Shown here: positions 38,628 through 48,469 of the stretch, piece by piece | Position numbering within the stretch: position 1 is the first letter of the stretch | Layout of the letters: each line of letters opens with the position of its first letter | Source: an uncultured Solirubrobacterales bacterium | GTDB lineage: Bacteria > Actinomycetota > Thermoleophilia > Solirubrobacterales > Solirubrobacteraceae | Assembly: GCA_963813765.1 (NCBI GenBank) | Contig: CAWFAB010000001.1 | Coordinates: 652,792-716,791, forward strand | Direction: 5' to 3' | Length of the DNA stretch: 64,000 nucleotides | Notes under the pieces: generated by a model | What the model was told of the DNA's origin: nothing | What the model saw: only the letters and a program-made list of their open reading frames with translations | The model's database searches: none | Made by a program: the position numbers and the translations under genes

Positions 38628-39464
38628 CTACGCCGGCTGCGCCGCAGCGCCGGCCGTGGCCTCGGCGGTGGCCTGGGCGACCTTGGCGATCAGCGGCAGC
38701 GAGAGGTGCTCGGGTCCATAAAGGATCCCCTCGAAGCGGGCCACGTACTGGTACTGGATCGGACGGCTCCAGGCGATCAGGTCCGCCAGCTCGCGAGCGA
38801 TCGGATGACGCTCGCCCAACTCGAGCGTCGCGGCGCCGGGACGCAGGCTCACGCCCATCTGGGCGGCGTTGATCTTGAACTCCGAGCTCTGCGGCTGGCG
38901 GTCCATCCAGACATGGCTGAAGAGCTGGAACTGCTCGCTGCGCGGCGTCGGGATCAGCTTGCCCGAGAGGGTGAGGATGTGCTCCTCTCCCTCGCTGAGG
39001 CGGCAGACACGGTCGGTGGCGGTCTGCTCGAAGTCGATCCCTCCGACGAACTTCGGGTAGTTCTCCTCGGCGCCGTACGCCCGCGCGAGCTCGGTGGTCA
39101 CCGGCAGGTGGTGCACCCACGCGTGCAGTTGACGCCGTCGCAGGCTCGCGATGAGCGCCCGGCCGGGCAGGTTCGGCAAGAACCACGGCTCGTTCAGCAC
39201 CACCGAGATCGCCAGCTCGTTGTAGGGGCCGATGTCGGTGTCGCGGTACTCGAAGCAGGTGATCGCGACCGCGCCGAGTCCCGGCGCCAGCCGGGCGGGG
39301 CAGAAGCGCGGGTCGGGCATCAGCCGGCGCAGCGCTCCCAGGCGGGCGGCGAACACGGCGCTCGTGGCCGTGCCGTCGTAATAGAAGACCGGAAGCCGCA
39401 GGACCTCATCGCCCAGCGTCATCTCCATCTGGGAGACGCCGTCGAAGAACGGTGAGCCTCTCAT
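38628..39464 (-). CDS. Acetoacetate decarboxylase-fold protein
   Basis: FEYRDTDIGPYNELAI, LPVTTE, YPK (Schiff-base Lys position). Confidence 0.8.
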   Translation of the reverse strand: MRGSPFFDGVSQMEMTLGDEVLRLPVFYYDGTATSAVFAARLGALRRLMPDPRFCPARLAPGLGAVAITCFEYRDTDIGPYNELAISVVLNEPWFLPNLPGRALIASLRRRQLHAWVHHLPVTTELARAYGAEENYPKFVGGIDFEQTATDRVCRLSEGEEHILTLSGKLIPTPRSEQFQLFSHVWMDRQPQSSEFKINAAQMGVSLRPGAATLELGERHPIARELADLIAWSRPIQYQYVARFEGILYGPEHLSLPLIAKVAQATAEATAGAAAQPA

Positions 39465-39519
39465 CGCGACTCCTTTCGAGTAGGCGGGACCAATGGGTGT
39501 AGGTGTAGGTTGAGAATCA

Positions 39520-39560
39520 TTACTCCCGGTAACCTACCATAAGTAGGCTACTCATGGTAG
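39520..39560. promoter_or_regulatory. Three tandem palindromic operators, probable TetR sites
   Basis: TTAC-N5-GTAA (39520), CTAC-N5-GTAG (39534), CTAC-N5-GTAG (39548), exact 14-bp period. Confidence 0.65.
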
Positions 39561-39570
39561 GCTGAAGTTC

Positions 39571-40245
39571 GTGGCCTCCTCCGCAGACCTCGTGGCCCCC
39601 TCCGCAGACCTGCTCGTAAAGGGGTACCGCCCCGGTCGGGTGCCCCGCGCGGTGCGCGCCGAGCAACTGCTCGACCTGGCGGATCGGCTCTTCGCCGAGC
39701 GGGGCTTCCGCGCCGCCTCGATGGACGAGCTGGCCCGGCGCGCCGGCGTGTCAAAGCCGGTGATCTACGACCACTTCGGCTCCAAGGAGCAGCTGTTCGC
39801 GACATGCGTTCGTCGCACCGGAGAGGCCCTCGCCGACCGGGTGGCGAGCGCGGTGAGCGAGGAGTCCGACCCGCGAGCGCGCCTCCGGGCAGGGTCGATC
39901 GCGTACTTCCGGTTCCTGCAGGACCAACTCCAGGCTTGGGTCGTGCTGTTCGCCGACGAGGAGGTGAGGGACGCCCGGTTCGCCGCCGAGGCCTCGCGGA
40001 TCAGGCGCCGGCAGTCAGACCTCATGATCCGCCTCATGGCCGAGTCCTCCGGGACGGCGTCGGACCACGAGGGCCGGACGAGGCTCGAGGCGATGACGCT
40101 CGCCATCGCCGGCGCCTACGAGTCGCTGTCCCTGTGGTGGTACGAGCATCCCGAAGTTGCCCCCGAGGAATTGGCGGACTGGCTCCTCGACTTGCTCTGG
40201 CCCGGGCTGGAGCAGCTCATCGTGCAGCTCGCCGTCTCACCCTGA
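39571..40245 (+). CDS. TetR/AcrR family regulator
   Basis: LFAERGFRAASMDELARRAGVSKPVIYDHFGSKEQL. Confidence 0.95.
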   Translation: MASSADLVAPSADLLVKGYRPGRVPRAVRAEQLLDLADRLFAERGFRAASMDELARRAGVSKPVIYDHFGSKEQLFATCVRRTGEALADRVASAVSEESDPRARLRAGSIAYFRFLQDQLQAWVVLFADEEVRDARFAAEASRIRRRQSDLMIRLMAESSGTASDHEGRTRLEAMTLAIAGAYESLSLWWYEHPEVAPEELADWLLDLLWPGLEQLIVQLAVSP

Positions 40246-40297
40246 CGCCGTCCGCGGCGCGACCGTCGTCCCCGACGCGTCGCTCCGCCAGGCGCCA

Positions 40298-40408
40298 GGC
40301 GCTTCGCGCACGTCAACGTGCTCCAGCGCGACATCTGAGCGAGCACGAGCTCGGCCTGCACGTCAACGGCTGCCTCGGCGGACTCATCCTGCCCTGGGGG
40401 GAGCGGCT
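40298..40408 (+). pseudogene. Internally deleted relic copy of the PLP lyase gene at 46963
   Basis: 40298-40334 identical to 47186-47222; 40335-40408 matches 47593-47678 with a 12-bp deletion and 2 mismatches. Confidence 0.85.
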
Positions 40409-40601
40409 GGGGCGGCCCCAAACCACTACGCCGCGAGCGTCACGACCCGTTCCCGGTTCAGCGCACACGTCAACTGAGGGTGGCCCGCGAGGCCCCGTAA
40501 CACGGGCGATCCAACCCTCGGTCGAGCCCGCGGTCGAGAGTTCCATCGCCAGCGCGGCGTAGGTTGGCTCGCCGGTGGTTCAGACCCACCAGGCCATGCT
40601 C

Positions 40602-40630
40602 TTGAGAATATATGCGCTGGAAGGTATGAT
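40602..40630 (+). promoter_or_regulatory. Sigma-70-type promoter of the TA operon (probably leaderless)
   Basis: TTGAGA-N17-TATGAT, 4 nt before ATG at 40635. Confidence 0.6.
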
Positions 40631-40634
40631 TCAA

Positions 40635-40982
40635 ATGTGGGACATCGAGGTCACAGACCAGTTCATACAGTGGTGGGACACCCTCAGCGTCGAGGAGCAG
40701 GAATCGATCAAGGCCGCGGTCGAAATCCTCGAGCAGCGTGGCCCGGGCCTCGGCCGGCCGCTTGTCAACACCGTCAAGGGCTCCCGGCACGCCAACATGA
40801 AGGAGCTGCGCGCAGCCATGATCCGCGTGCTGTTCGCGTTCAACCCGAAGCGCACCGCGATACTGTTGATCGGCGGCGACAAGCGCGACCGTTGGCAGGA
40901 CTTCTACGCGCAGATGATCCCGCTTGCCGACGACCTCCTCGACGAGCACCTCAAAGAGCTTGAAACGGAAGGAGCACCCTAG
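40635..40982 (+). CDS. Type II toxin, RelE/ParE (Gp49-like) family
   Basis: GPGLGRPLV.TVKGSRHANMKELR, RVLFAFNPKR.AILLIGGDK. Confidence 0.9.
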   Translation: MWDIEVTDQFIQWWDTLSVEEQESIKAAVEILEQRGPGLGRPLVNTVKGSRHANMKELRAAMIRVLFAFNPKRTAILLIGGDKRDRWQDFYAQMIPLADDLLDEHLKELETEGAP

Positions 40983-41326
40983 TGCCCACCAAAACCAAAA
41001 GCTTCAACGAGCTGACCGAGCGGGCCCGCCGGCGTAACCCCAACTGGGGCGCCAACGTCGCCGAGCACCGCCGCGCGATGGAAGACGCGCTCGCGCTCGC
41101 CGAGCTGCGCCAGTCGCGGAACATCACCCAGATCCAGCTCGCCGCCCAGCTCGGGATTACCCAGGGCAACGTCTCCCGGCTGGAGGCGCGCAGCGAGATC
41201 TACCTCTCCACCCTGCGCTCCTATATCGAGGCCCTTGGCGGTCACCTGGAGATCGCCGCCGTCTTCGACGACGAGCGCGTCCCCGTAGCGCCGCCTGGGC
41301 GCGGGGGGCTCAGCTCGGCGCAGTGA
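40982..41326 (+). CDS. XRE-family HTH antitoxin (HigA-like)
   Basis: LAELRQSRNITQIQLAAQLGITQGNVSRLE...STLRSYIEALGG. Confidence 0.9.
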   Translation: MPTKTKSFNELTERARRRNPNWGANVAEHRRAMEDALALAELRQSRNITQIQLAAQLGITQGNVSRLEARSEIYLSTLRSYIEALGGHLEIAAVFDDERVPVAPPGRGGLSSAQ

Positions 41327-41379
41327 GTCACGCGCAGCGGGGCTCGGCGGCCATCGCCGGTGGGCCGTCGGCGCGGCCG

Positions 41380-41830
41380 GGCCTGCGGCGGCGATGTGCA
41401 GCGGCTGGCGCACGAGCAACGCGACGGCCGCCAGCGGTCCGAGCGCGAGCAGCGCCCAGGCACCCTCGTCGCTGGCGTTGCCGAGCAGCGAGCCGGGCCG
41501 CGCGACGCTGCTGGACAGTGGGCGCAGGCCCATCGCCTCAAGAACGGCCTCGATCCCGACCGCGATTGCGGCCAGCGCCAGCCAGCGCAAGAGACCACGC
41601 GGTCGAGGCGGACGTCCGACCAGGACTGCGCCACCGGCGTCGTGTCGGCGAGCGCCGCGGCGAGCAGCAGGATCGCGCTCGCGCCGAGCATCGCGATCGC
41701 CGCGCGCGGCAGACGTCCTCGCGCGGGAACGCTCGCCGCCAGCAGCACACCGACCGCGAGCACCGCGAGCTTCGCGAAGACGAACCGGTTGAGCGCGCCG
41801 GGAAGAAACGCGATCGTGCCGACCCCGCCG
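41380..41830 (-). pseudogene. Fragmented O-antigen ligase-like membrane protein remnant
   Basis: Hydrophobic fragments in different frames including RFVFAKL and RPGSLLGNASDEG; no intact ORF. Confidence 0.45.
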
Positions 41831-41842
41831 GACGGCGCGACG

Positions 41843-41971
41843 CGGGGACCTCATTCCGCTCCGCCCTACGGGCTCCGCTCCATGAGGTCCCCGGGAAACC
41901 ACATACTCACCATGTAAACGATGTGCTGTCGGCTAAAGCTCACAGTGAAATGTCAACGATGTGCTGTCGGC
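41843..41971. mobile_element. IS-end-like scar: 12-bp hairpin plus two 22-bp TGT-containing direct repeats
   Basis: cggggacctcat (41843)/atgaggtccccg (41882); atgtaaacgatgtgctgtcggc (41912) and atgtcaacgatgtgctgtcggc (41950). Confidence 0.5.
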
Positions 41972-41976
41972 GTGAA

Positions 41977-44900
41977 CTACGGTGCCGTGTAAGTAAACGC
42001 CGTACCGCGTTCATCGAACGCCTCGCAGAACGACGTGGAGGCACACGAGACGGTCTCAAGCCGAGTATACATTTCGCGCTCGATGAGAACCGGCGGTCCC
42101 CATTCACTACCGTTGTACGCCACTGCGCGACCCCAATCATCAATAGCGATACAAAACACACGTGATACACATGAGACTCCAGTGAGTCCGACGGAAACCC
42201 CTTCGCTTGTATCAATGGTCTTTGAAGAGATCCACGAGTGTTCAGAGTAGATAAGCGCTTCACCGTCCCGACCAACAAGCGCACAGAATTCAGTCTTGGT
42301 ACACGAGATTGCGGGGTAGCCAAAACTACTCGGCGCGACTTTCGCGAGCGAGGTCCAACTGCCGCCAGTGAAGACCGCGACTTCGCCAGCGTTGTTGGCG
42401 CCGACGCAGAACGACTCAGATCCACAGGACGCGACCAGCAACTGCGGCCCAGGAAGCGCTTGCCATTCGTTGCCGTTGAAAATCTCATTGCCAGGCTCGC
42501 CGAGACAAAACCCTCTGACGGACACGACACTGAGTTAAAGCCTTCACCGACTCGGGCAGGGGTTGTCCAAGAGCTTCCATCATAGGTCGTGACATACCCC
42601 TCGCCAAAGTAGTTAGCTGCGGCGACACAGAACGATACTGAGGCGCAGGCGACGGTGGCGGCCTGATCGGGCAGAATATACGTGGGCGGCTGCCAAGACG
42701 AACCGTTAAAGCGCAATGCGTGTCCCGCAATATCTACTGCCATGCAGAATTCGCTGGCAACGCACGACATACTTACGGGAACCGCGCCGGAGATAGCCGT
42801 AGGAGCGCTGACCGCCGTACCTTCGTAGCTGAACAAGTCGCCCTCGCCGACAACCAAGCCGCAATAGCTTTCGGACGGACAGGTAACCGAATCGATCGTC
42901 CCATAGGCGCCGGCGTAGACTCCGCCGAGAGAAACGAATTCACTCTTAACCAGCGTCGTGTCGTCGAAAGTCAGGGCGTTGTTAGCGAGCAGACAGCGTT
43001 GTCCTGCGCACGACAGAATCGCCGGCTTGTAAGACCCGTAGAGACCATCAAATCGGCTAAGTTCTTCGCTCCAGCTGCTGCCGTTGTAAGTCCAAGCATC
43101 GCCCACTCCGTCAACGGCAAGACAGAACGAGGGCGACCCGCACGAGACGCTGACGAGGCCGCCGTACTGCCAGTTACCGTGCTGGTCCAGAAGCGAAGGT
43201 TTGCTCCATGAACCGTTTTCGTAAATCACAACATTCCCTTGGTAGGAGACGGTGACACAGAACGATTCAGACGGGCACGAGACAGAGACGAGCTCGTCAG
43301 TTTCGCTAGCGGCTTCACGCGGCGCGCTCCAACCGCCGCCGTTATAGGTGAGCGCCTCGCCCTCCTCGTCAACCGCCATACAGAATGACGTAGACGCGCA
43401 CGAGACCGCGGTCAGCGGCTTGGGGTATTCGACACCATCAACTACCCTCGGGGGATCGATACGCGTTGGCGACGACCAGTTCGAGCCATCGTAGGTCAAG
43501 ACATTCCCGACGCTATCAACCGCGACACAGAACGATTCAGACGGGCACGACGGGGGAGACAACTGGTTACCAGGATCAATCGTCTTCGGAGACGTCCAGA
43601 CGCTGGCATGACCGACAGTTGCGTTCCCTTCCCACACAGCCGCACAAAACAACTTCGACGCGCAGGACACGAGCATGGCCGGTAAATCGACCGGAGTACC
43701 AGATAACCAGCTACCAGTCGGAGGCGGTTCTTCACTGTGCGGTTCTTCTTCGCTGATCGCGCCCGAGGTGACGAAATGCACAACTTCCCGTGCGAAGGGC
43801 GAGTGTTCCCCGTCAGCGTCGAAAGCGTACACGGCAAAGCTGACTTCGCCACTTGCGTGAGACGGCGGTTCGATCGTGAGCGTGCCGTCAGTGCCGAGTG
43901 TGACCCAGCGCGGAACTTTTGCCGCGTTCGCCGGTTCATTCCAGACGTAGAACCGATACGGCGCCACGCCTCCGCTGGCCGACAGATGAACGACCGTCTG
44001 CTGACCGTCCGGCACCGTCCCAAGGTCGAGTGGACTGATGTGGATGTCGGGACTCGTGAACGTCGGGTTGCTACCGGGGATCGTGAATTCGATTTTGGCG
44101 GGGTAGACCTCCGAGTCCTCCAAGTCGAGGAGCTTGTAGAAAAAGTCGTCCACGAGGAGCCCATAGGCAAGCTTCTCGAGGACCGCCTTCGCGGTTCCCG
44201 AGAGACCCGACGCGGCGTCCACGCAGGAGTGCATCTGGCCGATCGCGCTGTCCGGCCCACGGTCAGCGGACACCGTGTTGTAGACCGCAGCTTGAACACA
44301 GTTCTCCATGTCCACCGGGACCCCGATCTGGTCCTTCGCCGTCGTGAGCAGCGCCCATGCGAGCTCCCCAACCCCCGACGCCGTCTTTCCAGCTGGATCG
44401 ATATGGATTTCCTGGGCGGCCTGCTGCGGTGGCGGCCTGTCGATCGTGATGCTCGCGCTTTCCCCCGGCCCCAGCACGAATGCGGAGGGGCCGTTGCCGG
44501 AGCTCAGCTGCGCGAGCAGCTTGCCGATCTGCCCCTCAAACGACGCTGCGAAGACGGACTTGGCGACGTCGATCTTCGCGCCGGACACGGTGACCGTCTG
44601 CGCATAGCCGCGGTTGTTGACGACGTTCAACACCGCCTCAGCCTGATCGGACTTGCTGCTGAAGCACGCCGGCAGCGGATCCTGGTTGCTGTCCGGGAGC
44701 GTCACGCTGTCGATCCAAGAAGGTGGTGGACCGCAGCCACTCGGCAGATCGGCGCGGTTGCCGGTCAGCATGCCGGCGTAATAGGTGCCCCAGTCGATCG
44801 CGTCGATCGGGCTGAACGAGTCGAGCGTCGCGCTGACCGAGTGGCCGTGCATGGTGGTGATCTCGGGGACCCACCTATGGGTGACGGTCCACCCGTGTAG

Positions 44901-45740
44901 GAAGAGCGGCTTGTCACCGGGCGCCAGCAGCCCGGCGTCGTAGCCGATCGTGACCGTGACCGGCTTGTGCGGCTCGCCCTGACTCGTGCTCAGCAGATAC
45001 GGGCCACCGGCCACCGACGAGGCGCCCTCCGCGCCAAACCCCGTGGGCACTCCGACCGAGATCGAAAGCGTCTTACCCTTGCCGATCGCGCCCTTCGGCG
45101 CGCTCACGCGCACCGCGCCCAGGCTCAGGTGCAGCGCCCCTCCGTGACTGCGAACGGTCCGCCGGCCGGGAACGATCAGCTCGACGACGACGCTGACGCC
45201 CTGAGCGCGGCCGGAGTCTGCCGGCCTGAGCACCCGCAACAAATGCCCGCCAACTCCGGTGAGCCGGGTCGTGAACGCAAAAGCGGAGGACTTCGAAAGC
45301 GACCGCGAGGCGATGGTCCGCCAGCGCCCGCCGGCACGCACCTGAAGCTCCACACGCCCGTGCGCCGCCCGGGGCGTGACGCGACCGGTCAGCTTCGCCA
45401 TTCGACCGTTGCGCACAACGGCGTGAGACACGCGCAAGGTGACCGTGAACGGTGTTGGTCCCGTCGCGGGCGCCGAGGCGCCAAGCAACCCCAGCGAAGC
45501 CGCAAGCAGTGGCGGCGGAGCCAATGTGTGGAGCGAGAACGCCGCAGACGGCTTGTAGCCAGAGGCTGCCGCCGAGCCAGCGGACACAAGGCAAACCCAG
45601 ACCATTCCGAGTGTCACCGCGGCGAGCAGTGAACCGCCCCGGGAATCTTGGAGGCCCGTCGAGCTCGGGAACTCGGGAAGCTCCTCAAGCAGCGTCTCAT
45701 CCCCCCATCCCTTGCTGAGTGCGTACCAGACCCTGCGCAT
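41977..45740 (-). CDS. Large secreted protein with Ig-like domains and many SVSC-x-S-xx-FC repeats (frameshift near 42510; start uncertain)
   Basis: Signal-like hydrophobic stretch, ASGGVAPY Ig-like motif, more than 10 repeats of SCxSxxFCxAVD...YxGxxW; lower GC than flanks. Confidence 0.75.
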
Positions 45741-45993
45741 CGGCTCTGCTGCCCCCTTCGCTCGTCCCAAGCGTGCCGCGAGCGCCTCGTGCGTCTCCCG
45801 GGCGCTCGATCGGTTGTCCGTATGTTGCCGCTCGCCGCGCAGACAATACACCACGACCACCGCCAGCGGCGCCCGTGAGGAGGACCGCGACCTGGCCATC
45901 GTTCCTCGCCGGCGACACGAGGCGGATCAGGTACGACTCCCGGGTTCTGGGCGTAGGCTCCACCCGTGCCCCCACCGTCGAGAGGAGCCTGAG

Positions 45994-46864
45994 ATGTGCC
46001 GGCTGTTCGGCATGAGCGCCGGGAGCAGGCGGGCGCGGGCGACCTTCTGGCTGCTGAGCGCACCGGACAGCCTCGCGGCGCAGAGCCGCCGCGAGCCGGA
46101 CGGGACCGGCCTCGGCTGGTTCGACGAGCAGGGCGCTCCGCACCTGCGCAAGCAGCCGATCGCCGCCTACGGGGACGTCGAGTTCGCCCGCGAGGCCCGC
46201 GAGATCTCCTCCAGCACGTTCGTAGCCCACATCCGCTTCGCCTCGACGGGCGCGCTGAAGCTGTGCAACACCCACCCGTTCGAGCAGGACGGGCGGCTGT
46301 TCGCGCACAACGGCGTGATCGAGGATCTCCAGGCACTGGAGGCCCACCTCGGCGACGCGCTCTCCCTCGTGCGGGGCGACACCGACTCCGAGCGGCTCTT
46401 CGCGCTCATCACCCGGGAGATCGCCGCCCACGGCGGGGATGTCGGTGCCGGCATCGCGGCCGCGTGCGAATGGGTCGCCGCAAACCTCCCGCTGCTCGCG
46501 ATCAACCTCGTCCTCGCCACCGTGCAGGGCCTGTGGGCGCTGCGCTATCCGCAGACGCACGAGCTTCACGTACTCGAGCGCGAGCCCGGCGCGGCGCTCG
46601 AGCACTCCAGCAGCCTCGGCAGCCGCGTCCGCTCCGAGCACGGCGCAAGCCGGCCGCTCGTCGTAATCGCGAGCGAGCGCATGGACGGCGATCCTCGGCT
46701 GGCGGGCGCTTCAGTCCGGGGAGCTGCTGCACGTCGACCACGCCCTCCGGGTCAGCTCGCGCACGATCCTCGACGGCACTCCCGCGCGGCCCTTGACACT
46801 CGACGATCTCGATGCGCGCGCGCGAGCTTCGCAGACGCACGCACCGGGAGAATCGGGGGACTGA
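45994..46864 (+). CDS. Class II glutamine amidotransferase (EgtC/YafJ-like; frameshift near 46700)
   Basis: MCRLFG N-terminal Cys, DGTG, AHIRFAS, NTHPF, HNG, GDTDSE, IASE. Confidence 0.88.
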
Positions 46865-46962
46865 GCTCAGCCGGCCGGCTTGGCCTGCCGGTCGCGTGGC
46901 GCGCCCATGCCGCCCACGCCTGCCTGCCCGCGCCATCGCCGGCACACAGTAGCCTCGTGGCA

Positions 46963-48469
46963 ATGGGTGACGACGGCGAAGCACTCCTCGACGCGTTCTT
47001 TCCATATCGTCGGCGCTTCGAGACGCGCTCGTCGCTGCCGGCGGAGGCCGTCTCCCCCGCGGAGGTGCTGGCGATGGTCGATGAGATGTCCTGCGCGGAG
47101 GACGCGATCGCGCGGGAGGGGAGGGTTTCGGGGTCGATCTACCACGGCGGCGAGGAGCACTTCGCGTTCCTCGCGGAGGTCTTCCGGCGCTTCGCGCACG
47201 TCAACGTGCTCCAGCGCGACATGTATCCGAGCGCGACGAAGTTCGAGGGTGAGATCGTCGCGATGGTGGCCTCGCTGCTCCACGGCCCGGAGGAGGCCTG
47301 CGGGGTCGTCACCTTCGGCGGCAGCGAGAGCCTGTTCAACGCCGTGCTCGTCTATCGGGAACAGGGGCGCGAGCGCGGGATCGACGCTCCTCAGGTCATC
47401 GTCCCCGTGACAGGGCACGTGGCGATTGCCAAGGCCGCACACTATCTGGGGGTCGAGGTCCTCCACGCGCCGGTGACGGAGGAGCTCGTGGTGGACGTCG
47501 ACGCGGTCCGCGCGCTCGTCAATCCGCGAACCGTCGCGCTGTTCGGGAGCGCGGCCTCCTACCCGCATGGGCTGATCGATCCGATCGAGGAGCTGAGCGA
47601 GCTCGCACTCGAGCACGAGCTCGGCCTGCACGTCGACGGCTGTCTCGGCGGACTCATCCTGCCCTGGGGGGAGCGGCTCGGTCTCGAGATTCCGCGCTGG
47701 GACTTCCGGGTGGCGGGGGTTACGTCGATCTCGGCCGATACGCACAAGTACGGCTACGGGCCAAGGGCACGGGGGTGATGCTGTATCGCAGCCGCGAGCT
47801 GCGCCGGAGGCAGTACTTCACCTATGCCGACTGGCCCGGAGGTCTGTATGCCTCACCGGGCATCGCGGGCAGCCGCTCGGGCGGGCTTATCGCCGCGACC
47901 TGGGCGGCGCTGGTGACGCTCGGCGAGCCCGGCTACCTGGCGATGGCCGAGCGCATCTTCCGCACCGGCGCGGAGATCCGGGCCGCGGTGGAGGCGCTGG
48001 GAGAGCTGCGGGTGATCGGCGACCCGACGTTCTGCGTCGCCTTTCGCTCCGAGGAGCTCGACATCTACCACGTCAACGACTCGCTCAAGGAGAGCGGATG
48101 GCGGATGAACAGCCTGCAGCTCCCGCCCGCGCTGCATTTCTGCGTCACCCTGCCCAACACGCAGCCGGGGGTCGCCGACGCCTTCGCCGCCGACCTCGCC
48201 GCCGCCGTCGAGTACGCGAAGGACCCGCCGCAGATCGCCCCGCGCAGCGGCGCGATCTATGGTGGCGCCGGGACGCCGGAGGGCAACGTCCAGGTCAACG
48301 CGATGCTCGAGGGCGTGCTCGACGCGATGTCCCAACTCGCGCCGCCGACAGAGCGACCTGCACGATGCCCGCCACTCCCACGGAGACCCAGGGACTCGCC
48401 GTCCACATGGACTCGGGCACGGGGCAGGCCGCGCTCGACACAATGTCCCCACTCGCCCCGTCGGAGTGA
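46963..48469 (+). CDS. PLP-dependent sphingosine-1-phosphate lyase-like enzyme (group II decarboxylase fold; frameshifts)
   Basis: GRVSGSIY, GGSES, LHVDGCLGG, SISADTHKYG, WPGGLYASP.IAGSR. Confidence 0.82.

Noticed and set aside
40298..47678. Relic/gene pair as a diversity-generating retroelement TR/VR
   Set aside because: No reverse transcriptase in the window, only two mismatches, and the match lies in an enzyme core
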